Shown: one piece after another, positions 1-6,982 of the stretch
Layout of the letters: every line of letters starts with the position of its first letter
Numbering within the stretch: position 1 is the first letter of the stretch
DNA from: Phycisphaerales bacterium
GTDB taxonomy: Bacteria; Planctomycetota; Phycisphaerae; Phycisphaerales; UBA1924
Direction: 5' to 3'
Length of the DNA: 32,000 bases
Assembly: GCA_029260265.1 (NCBI GenBank)
Contig: JAJDDO010000023.1
Span: 8,418 to 40,417, forward strand
Translations under genes and position numbers: made by a program
The notes under the pieces: generated by a model
Database searches by the model: none
Seen by the model: only the letters and a program-made list of their open reading frames with translations
Told to the model about the DNA's origin: nothing

Positions 1-1301
1 ATTGCACCGATGATCTCCAGCGTGACTTCACCCTCCTGAGCAATATTGGATGGAAGGTCAATGTACAACGGCCCGCCGATCGGCGAAGCAATCTCGGCTA
101 CCCGGTCAACCACTGGTACCCGAAAAACCGCATGTGGCATACGGTACCGATCGTCAAAGTCCTGTGGATCCAGCCACGATCCGATTTGGATGAATATCCC
201 TTCGGTACGCTGCGACATGAATCGGATCTTCAAAGACTCACCGGGGGCGGCGTACATACCTGTAGATCGCCAGCCGGGGATCGCATCGGAAAATGTGAGT
301 CGATGAGTCACGCGCGGTGCGCTATCTGGAACAGTGCCAGGGAATGCTGCGGCGCTCGGGTGTGCGTGTGCGGTTTCTGGATGAAGCGACGCTCGGCGTG
401 AGTCCAGATCAAGCAATGCGCATGCGAGCGGATTCTCTGCGAGTTTCAGTGGCTGCTCAGCCATGGAATGGAAAGCTTTGGTGAGTTTTTTCCTGTAGCG
501 ATCGCGGAGTTGATCCGCCCCAATCACGAGTGAACTGTCGAGCGGCACAATAGCAAGTGCTCCACGCACGATTCGTGCTGCCAGCACGCGATCTCCCTGT
601 TCCTCACCTGCCAGTGCGCGGAGTGCTCTTTCAGCGTTGGCCAGCCTTGCTGTGGAATCATCCAGCGTATACAACCCGTCGCGACCTGGTGACAACGCGC
701 GATCTGTGTACATAATCCCATGCTCGCTGAGCAGCCTGTTAGCTGCAAGATCATCGACATCTGATGCGTGTCCCAGTTGGATCTGACCCCATGCCGTTTC
801 CACAGACATCATTGACCCGCCTGCCTCGATCCATTTCAGAAGATGCTCAAGTCGCCCCGCACGCGCGAATGACTGCGGGGAGCCCACGATCAGATCGACT
901 CCGTCCAAATCGACTTCGCCGGATGTGCCACCCACAACTGTGAGTTCTACATCGCGATCTTTCAATGCTCCTTGAAGAGCGTCAGAGATGCCCCATGCGT
1001 GTTGTGCTCCATGATCTGTAAGCCACAAGAGTTCGTCCACGATGAACTGGCGTGTATTCGCTCGGTCTTCAGTCAAAAAACCGCCGTGCCCGATCGCGGA
1101 CACACGCCCATTCCCGACCGCTGCCCGTGCGCCGAGCACTGTTCCATCGGGCATAGATGCAGTCGCTTCAGCTGATCCGAACACCACAAGCGATGATGGA
1201 TTGCCAGCCGTGTAAATGGCATCGTGTGAAGTCACAGCGCGGGCGATCTTGGGGCTAACAATCAATAGCAGAACAAACATGTGCAGTAGATTTGTTTTCA
1301 T
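1..1301 (-). CDS. Secreted M60-like (enhancin/TCAF-like) protein, partial; the 3' end runs off the left edge of the window
   Basis: Absent from the ORF track because no stop codon lies inside the window. My own reverse-complement translation from the ATG at 1299-1301 reads MKTNLLHMFVLLLIVSPKIARA..., which looks like a signal peptide, and appears to stay open to base 1. I hand-checked only the first ~21 codons. The rest was read by eye, supported by the absence of any listed complete ORF in that frame. The distal part (THRLTFSDAIPGWRSTGMYAAPGESLKIRF...IQIGSWLD...IASPIGGPLYIDLP) resembles the jelly-roll N-domain that precedes M60-like peptidase domains. Confidence 0.5.
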   Translation of the reverse strand, partial: MKTNLLHMFVLLLIVSPKIARAVTSHDAIYTAGNPSSLVVFGSAEATASMPDGTVLGARAAVGNGRVSAIGHGGFLTEDRANTRQFIVDELLWLTDHGAQHAWGISDALQGALKDRDVELTVVGGTSGEVDLDGVDLIVGSPQSFARAGRLEHLLKWIEAGGSMMSVETAWGQIQLGHASDVDDLAANRLLSEHGIMYTDRALSPGRDGLYTLDDSTARLANAERALRALAGEEQGDRVLAARIVRGALAIVPLDSSLVIGADQLRDRYRKKLTKAFHSMAEQPLKLAENPLACALLDLDSRRASLHPETAHAHPSAAAFPGTVPDSAPRVTHRLTFSDAIPGWRSTGMYAAPGESLKIRFMSQRTEGIFIQIGSWLDPQDFDDRYRMPHAVFRVPVVDRVAEIASPIGGPLYIDLPSNIAQEGEVTLEIIGA

Positions 1302-1527
1302 GATTGGAAGTATATACGGAACTCAGTACGGGATCAGTCCAGAGTGGTTGACCAGCAAGCTTGTGTGGTATGCATGGGGCTTAGCGTATGGCCCGCTTGC
1401 AGTTCCATCTTGTTGCTTCGTAGTGATTTTACTGAACCGTTTCGTATCGGGCTGGGAATGTCGATAGCTCGTATAATCAAGGCTCAGAACCAGAGACTGT
1501 TTGCCAAATCTTTCAGCTCACCCCGAT

Positions 1528-3156
1528 TTAGAGCATTCGCGAGCGCATCTGCTTCCGCAGTTTTGCCGCGAGACGAGCACCTACAAGCTGTTCCTCGTCG
1601 AGCACTTCGTGTGCCCCGGCCTCATAGAGCTCTGGGACATGCCGGTGGTAACGCCCGCGAGCGATTACATGAACAACGGGCGTGCTGTTGCGGATCTGCT
1701 TGATCACCGCAATCGCCGCGAGCGGGTCGGGGATCGTCACGATGGCGATGTCGGCATGATGCATCCCCAGGTGCTCGAGCACATCCGCGTGCGACGCGTC
1801 CGCCGTGTGCGCATGAAATCCCATCGTGCGTGCTGCCCTGATCGTTGATGGGCTCATGTCCACAACATCCACCCGGATGGGCAGTTTGATCGCTGCCGTG
1901 CCGATCGCCATGCCCGCGGGGCCGAACCCGATGATTACGAGACGCTGACGATGATCGGCCGATTCACCCATATCCAAAGAGGTCCTAGGCGATTTTCCAA
2001 GGCCCAGCATCCGATGAATCCGATTCGATGCGCGCGGCGCGAGCATCACGAGATAGGGCGTAACGAACATTGATAAGATCGTTGCAGAGACGATCAGGGT
2101 GAACTCATCATCGGAGATCAGCCCACCCGTCGCGGCCGCCGCGGCGAGTACGAAGGAGAACTCGCCCACTTGCGCCAGACAGATGCCCGACGCAAGCGAT
2201 GTCCGACTCGGAACGCCGAATGCTTTGAGCACACCCCAGATCACGAGCGCCTTGCCCACGACAATTGCTGCGAGCAACGCGATGACCGAGCCAAAGTGCT
2301 CGACGAACCAAGCAGGGTCACCGAGCATTCCGATCGTTGCGAAGAACAAGGTGACGAGCAGGGTTTTGATCGATGAGACATCCGCACGGATCTGTGTTGC
2401 GAAAGGTGACTCCGCGAGGATCATCCCAGCGACGAATGCGCCCAGTGCGGGGGACAGCCCGAGCTCGTGTGATCCCCACGCGGCACCGATCCCCACGACG
2501 AACGCGAGCAAGATCGGGAGGTCCCGGTTCTGACGAAGCGCGTCCATGCCGAGCACGAGCGGTGCGATCTTGTTGAGCAGGAGAAGCAATACTACGACAA
2601 GCACGCCCGAGAGTGCGAGTGCTTTGAGCATCCCGATGCCCACCTCGCTCATGGAACCCTCGCCTCCGAGCACCGTAACGATCAAGAACAGTGGCACCAC
2701 CGCGATGTCCTGCATGAGCAGGATCCCCAACGCATAGCGCCCGTGGACACTCTCGATCTCTGCGCGAGCGATGAGTAATCGCAGAACACAGGCCGTCGAG
2801 CTCAACGAGACGATCGCGCCGATGGAAACGGATGCAGCGGTCCCCAATCCGAACGCTTTTGCGCCGATGAATCCGACGCCCATTGTGACGAGGATCTGAG
2901 CAGCCCCGCCGCCCAGCGCTGCAACACCGAGACGCTTGAGGCGAGGCCAAGAGAACTCAAGCCCGATTGCAAAGAGTAGGAGTGCTACGCCGAGCTCTGC
3001 AAGGTGCTGGACATGCTCTCCGTCGGATACCAAACCAATCGAGTTGGGTCCGATGAGTGTTCCGGCTGCGAGGTATCCGAGTATTGCGCTCTGTTTCAGT
3101 CGTTCACAGAGCACGCCCAGTACAAGCGCCCCCCCGAGCAGGATGAGGATCTCCAT
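1528..3156 (-). CDS. Kef-type monovalent cation:proton antiporter (CPA2) with a C-terminal TrkA-N/RCK domain
   Basis: 542-aa ORF. The polytopic N-terminal part begins MEILILLGGALVLGVLCERLKQSAILGYLAAGTLIGPNSIGL, as in the KefB/KefC Na_H_exchanger family. The C-terminal Rossmann motif is LVIIGFGPAGMAIG. Confidence 0.9.
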   Translation of the reverse strand: MEILILLGGALVLGVLCERLKQSAILGYLAAGTLIGPNSIGLVSDGEHVQHLAELGVALLLFAIGLEFSWPRLKRLGVAALGGGAAQILVTMGVGFIGAKAFGLGTAASVSIGAIVSLSSTACVLRLLIARAEIESVHGRYALGILLMQDIAVVPLFLIVTVLGGEGSMSEVGIGMLKALALSGVLVVVLLLLLNKIAPLVLGMDALRQNRDLPILLAFVVGIGAAWGSHELGLSPALGAFVAGMILAESPFATQIRADVSSIKTLLVTLFFATIGMLGDPAWFVEHFGSVIALLAAIVVGKALVIWGVLKAFGVPSRTSLASGICLAQVGEFSFVLAAAAATGGLISDDEFTLIVSATILSMFVTPYLVMLAPRASNRIHRMLGLGKSPRTSLDMGESADHRQRLVIIGFGPAGMAIGTAAIKLPIRVDVVDMSPSTIRAARTMGFHAHTADASHADVLEHLGMHHADIAIVTIPDPLAAIAVIKQIRNSTPVVHVIARGRYHRHVPELYEAGAHEVLDEEQLVGARLAAKLRKQMRSRML

Positions 3157-3339
3157 GATGGTGTGCCAGAACTCGGAAATGTTGCGGCCCTCGCCGTCCG
3201 TTCGAAGATCGATGTACGCCAGTACCCGCCTATATTGATTCTATTCACCCGAACTGTTCCTCGCGCATATCCACTCCAGTTTCAAACTGATGTGTTAGAA
3301 TCAAGATAATCGCGTTCACTCACTTCTGAATGGATCAAT

Positions 3340-5037
3340 ATGAAATCGATCGCCGCTCAGATCATCATCCTTACCCGCCAACGCAGCTCACGCCGGAACC
3401 TCAAGGCATTGGCTAAGTTTATTGTGGCGCTCGTGGTGATGATCGTGGCCTACACATTCATATTCCACCTCATCATGGATTACGAGGACAAGGAGCATAC
3501 CTGGCTGACCGGTTTGTACTGGACCCTCGTGACGATGTCCACAACGGGATTCGGTGATCAGACCTTCGAGAGCGATCTCGGCAAGGTCTTCACCATCGTG
3601 GTCATACTCTCGGGCACTCTTTTCCTGCTCGTGCTGCTCCCGTTTACATTCATCCAGTTTTTCTACGCACCGTGGGTCGAGTCGCAAGCCCAGGCGAGCA
3701 CGCCACAGAGCCTCCCTGAAAACGAGCGAGATCATGTTCTACTCACCCAGCTCGACCCAGTGACCGAAGCGCTCATCAAGAAGCTCGAGCAGTTCGGGCA
3801 TAGATATGTGTTGATCGTAGAGGGGATCGATGAAGCACGCCGATTGCATGATCAGAACTACCGGGTCATGCGTGGCGATCTCGATGACCCAGAAACATAC
3901 ATAGCTGCCCGACTGAATCAGGCATCGATGCTCGTCTCCACACTCAGCGATGCCGCAGATACCACCGTGTGCATCACGGCTCGTGGAGTGACTGATATCA
4001 CGCCTGTGGTGACAACCGTCGAAGACCCTATTTCAACCAAAATCCATGAAATGGCGGGCGCGAGCAACACGATCCGACTCCCCGAGATCATGGGTCATGC
4101 GCTCGCGCGTTGCAGCTCGGGCGGTGACGCGATCACGCATACCGTCGCGACCTTCGGCACTCTGCAGCTCGCTGAGGCAAACGCTTCCAAAACCCCCCTC
4201 GTCGGCAAGACCCTTCGGGAAAACCGATTAGGTGATCTGGGAGTCAGCGTAGCGGGGCTGTGGGAAAGAGGTCAGTTCAAGCCAGCACGACCCGATAGTG
4301 TTGTGAATCCCAACACCGTCCTCATGATCGTTGGATCGGAGCAGCAGCTCTTCAACTATGACGAACACTTCGCAATCTACGCGGTCTCTGGCGAACCCGT
4401 TATACTCATCGGATCCGGACGCATCGGGCAAGCTACCGCCGAGGCGCTTGAGGCGCGCGGCGTGAGCTATCGCGTCATCGAACAAAATGCCCGGCGGGTC
4501 ATAAACTCCGAAATCACGATTGTCGGCAATGCCGCAGACCCGGCAATCCTCGAACAGGCAGGGATCGCTATGACGCCCACCGTCATCATCACCACCAATG
4601 ACGATGACACCAACCTTTATCTGACCCTGCTGTGCCGGCAATCAAATCCCGATGTCGAGATCATCGCACGATGCACCCTCGACAAGCATGTGAAAGCGCT
4701 GCACAAAGCTGGCGCGGACTTCGTTCAATCGTACGCGTCGATTGGCGCATCGAGCATCTTTAATCTGCTTCAGAAAAGTCGGGTGGTTACCGTCACGCAG
4801 GGGCTTGACGTCTTCCGCGTGAATGTCCCCGGGGAAGTCGCCGGCAACACCATCGCCGAGTGCGGTATCCGTGAAAAGACCGGATGCACGATCATCGGCT
4901 ATCACAAAGACGACTCGCTCGAGCCCAATCCACGCCCAGACACAATCCTTGTGGAGGGGCGTGAGATGCTCATGATCGGCGATTGGGAATCCCGCAACAG
5001 CTACTTCAAAGCATACAACATAAAGGGCGGAAACTGA
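3340..5037 (+). CDS. Two-TM potassium channel with tandem RCK (TrkA-N/TrkA-C) domains
   Basis: 565-aa ORF. It has two TM helices flanking a pore loop with the filter-like motif TMSTTGFGD. These are followed by cytoplasmic RCK-like segments (HVLLTQLD...; VILIGSGRIGQATAEALEARG). It is divergent from the Kef gene across a 183-bp spacer. Confidence 0.85.
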   Translation: MKSIAAQIIILTRQRSSRRNLKALAKFIVALVVMIVAYTFIFHLIMDYEDKEHTWLTGLYWTLVTMSTTGFGDQTFESDLGKVFTIVVILSGTLFLLVLLPFTFIQFFYAPWVESQAQASTPQSLPENERDHVLLTQLDPVTEALIKKLEQFGHRYVLIVEGIDEARRLHDQNYRVMRGDLDDPETYIAARLNQASMLVSTLSDAADTTVCITARGVTDITPVVTTVEDPISTKIHEMAGASNTIRLPEIMGHALARCSSGGDAITHTVATFGTLQLAEANASKTPLVGKTLRENRLGDLGVSVAGLWERGQFKPARPDSVVNPNTVLMIVGSEQQLFNYDEHFAIYAVSGEPVILIGSGRIGQATAEALEARGVSYRVIEQNARRVINSEITIVGNAADPAILEQAGIAMTPTVIITTNDDDTNLYLTLLCRQSNPDVEIIARCTLDKHVKALHKAGADFVQSYASIGASSIFNLLQKSRVVTVTQGLDVFRVNVPGEVAGNTIAECGIREKTGCTIIGYHKDDSLEPNPRPDTILVEGREMLMIGDWESRNSYFKAYNIKGGN

Positions 5038-5140
5038 TCGACCGGAAAACGGCTGCCTGAGCGTTGGGCGAGCAGATTGCGACACAGCGGTAGACCAGTG
5101 TTTGCGGCATCCACCCGTACGGCGAGTTTTATGCTACAGA

Positions 5141-5422
5141 TCAATTTTCCGGCTTCACCTTGATCACCGGATACAGTAATCGCGGATCGTCACCGACATG
5201 ATGTCGTCTGATCGTGATCTTGGGTTCGAGTTCGCCTCCTTCGGTATAGCGTATTGGTTCCGGTCGACGCAATCCGAGCTCAGCCTCGCATGGTGTCAGC
5301 ATACCAAGAGATGCGTGCGGGCGGTAGAGATTGTGCCAGATCACGAAGCTCTCCAGTCGTTTCTGAATCGAGGTGAGGTCGGGCGTTACGACTGATACCC
5401 GCCACCATCGTTTAATGGGCAA
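5141..5422 (-). pseudogene. Truncated integrase-core (rve/DDE) transposase remnant; only the C-terminal ~90 aa remain
   Basis: The ORF opens with TTG and encodes ...SIQKRLESFVIWHNLYRPHASLGMLTPCEAELG.... This matches the conserved C-terminal signature of rve-type transposases (W.NxxRPHxxLGxxTPxE). No catalytic DDE region lies upstream, so I read it as a decayed IS fragment. Confidence 0.65.
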
Positions 5423-5629
5423 AAACTATTCTACGAGAACGATGACTGATCGCGGTTGGATTTGAAAAGAAATCGGTTTGCCAGGGGTTCAGAAACTCTA
5501 ACCGGTCTTCAATTGAACCAGAAAAGATCAGCGAACTCGATTGTGTGAGAACAGCAACGATTCAAGAGGCCGTGTTCGATGAACACAGGTGGTGTTTCAT
5601 GATTCGTCGATACACCGGATCTCATCTTC

Positions 5630-6478
5630 TCATTCCACAGGTTCCTCACACCCGGCATGAAACAAATCCAAGTATGCGAAGAGGTCCTGAAGATTGAACA
5701 CATCAAACGGCGCCGCGATATCGGCACCCGGGTCCTGGTCATTCAGCAAAGTGAGGAACGCAAAGATGTCCTCCAGATTGAGGATCCCCTCGTAAGGCGG
5801 CGCGAGGTCTGCCACGCATGAAGTGCGTGTGATGCGGAGTGTCCCGATTCTTGGGGCTCCGGCGAATGGGAACTGATTGGAGAGATTAACGATTGGGATG
5901 TGGGGAGCGATGTTTGAGTTTGATGAGGTGTAGTTTGTGCCGGCATCAGTCCCAGAATCATATGCATCGAGGTCGATGGTAACTTCTTGGATCCATATGC
6001 CGTCTTGCCGGAGGTCGAGATCGTAAATTCCTACGAACCAGTCTGGGCTCGGTGCGATCATCGTGACAAGTGAAAGCAGTGGGTAGTCTCCATCCACTTC
6101 AATTGTCCCCGATGCCGAGCCTGGCGAGAGCGGGATCGATCCGAACAAGAGGAACTGGTCGGCGGTTTCGTTGCTGATGTGTGCAAGAACTTCTGAGCGG
6201 AGCGCGTTGGTGCCTCCTGTTTCAGCCATGATTTCGATTCCATTTGTCGCGATCGCATTGGGAGACCAGAGGCTCAGCTGATCGTTGTGGGTTGCACCGA
6301 CGATGGGGGAGAAGTGTGGATTGTTGGGAAACCCAACGGGATGAGTCACTTCACTCCACTCAGCAATGAACTCGAACTGATAGGTCGCCTGGTCCTGAGC
6401 AATGGTGGTGTTCACGAATCCCGCAGATAATGCAAGCGAGAGCAGATTACGAGCGGCATTCCGAGTACGAATAGTCAT
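5630..6478 (-). CDS. Secreted Spondin_N domain protein with a C-terminal GC-type dockerin-like tail
   Basis: The track ORF runs to 6712, but the internal ATG at 6476-6478 gives a signal peptide, MTIRTRNAARNLLSLALSAGFVNTTIAQDQ. The body (YQFEFIAEWSEVTHP...HFSPIVGATHN...MIAPSPDWFVGI...DAYDSGTD) fits the Spondin_N fold family. The tail has two repeats, NLEDIFAFLTLL and NLQDLFAYLDLF, and ends in AGC. Confidence 0.7.
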   Translation of the reverse strand: MTIRTRNAARNLLSLALSAGFVNTTIAQDQATYQFEFIAEWSEVTHPVGFPNNPHFSPIVGATHNDQLSLWSPNAIATNGIEIMAETGGTNALRSEVLAHISNETADQFLLFGSIPLSPGSASGTIEVDGDYPLLSLVTMIAPSPDWFVGIYDLDLRQDGIWIQEVTIDLDAYDSGTDAGTNYTSSNSNIAPHIPIVNLSNQFPFAGAPRIGTLRITRTSCVADLAPPYEGILNLEDIFAFLTLLNDQDPGADIAAPFDVFNLQDLFAYLDLFHAGCEEPVE

Positions 6479-6734
6479 GAAGATATCCAGTTGGGCGTGT
6501 GATTGATGACACTGGCATTTTAACGGCGATTGTCGTGAAAGTATTCCAGGTATTGAGAATATTCTCTCTGAGTTGTTTGGTGTGCGGATGGCTTGAGCGT
6601 CAGAAACTCGACCACGATCCAGCAGTTGATTCATGCTCCGATGAGGATCCGATTTGAGATCGGCATGGTCGCATTGTTTCGCGTATTGAAGGCAGTGCAG
6701 AATGCCATTCACCAGAGATCTTGTCTACCAGTGT

Positions 6735-6753
6735 TCTGTTGGATTCCAACAGA
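6735..6753. repeat. Perfect 8-bp inverted repeat (hairpin) TCTGTTGG-att-CCAACAGA in a divergent intergenic region
   Basis: Read directly: 6735-6742 is the reverse complement of 6746-6753, with a 3-nt loop. Function unknown. Confidence 0.6.
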
Positions 6754-6757
6754 GTGG

Positions 6758-6783
6758 GGGCGCAATGCATCAATAATGCGCCC
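6758..6783. repeat. Perfect 7-bp inverted repeat GGGCGCA-(12 nt)-TGCGCCC, immediately after the previous hairpin
   Basis: Read directly: 6758-6764 pairs with 6777-6783. The loop contains the palindrome ATGCAT. Function unknown. Confidence 0.55.
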
Positions 6784-6918
6784 ATTCTATGCAATCGGTC
6801 ACATACAGAATGGGCTCATTATTGGGGGAAGCTCGTGGAAACATGTTCGGAACAAGAGTGAAATCGGTTCATTTTTGGAGCAAAAATAATGGGTTTCCAA
6901 TCTGAAATGCTCTGATGC

Positions 6919-6951
6919 GAAGACGGAGTTGATATGCTTCATCTCGTCTTC
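6919..6951 (+). promoter_or_regulatory. 7-bp inverted repeat GAAGACG-(19 nt)-CGTCTTC in the probable 5' leader of the RyR-domain gene
   Basis: Read directly: 6919-6925 pairs with 6945-6951. It lies about 20 nt upstream of the AAGGAG Shine-Dalgarno at 6971-6976. It could be an operator or a leader hairpin. Confidence 0.3.
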
Positions 6952-6982
6952 TGCTTTGAACCTTAGATCGAAGGAGACTCTT

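Noticed and set aside
6593-6889. 98-aa plus-strand ORF in the divergent spacer, together with the N-terminal extension of the spondin ORF up to 6712
   Set aside because: The ORF has no motif or ribosome-binding site, and it contains two perfect hairpins, which is atypical for coding sequence. The spondin protein gains a clean signal peptide from the internal ATG at 6478, so the upstream extension is probably not translated. A small unannotated gene cannot be fully excluded.
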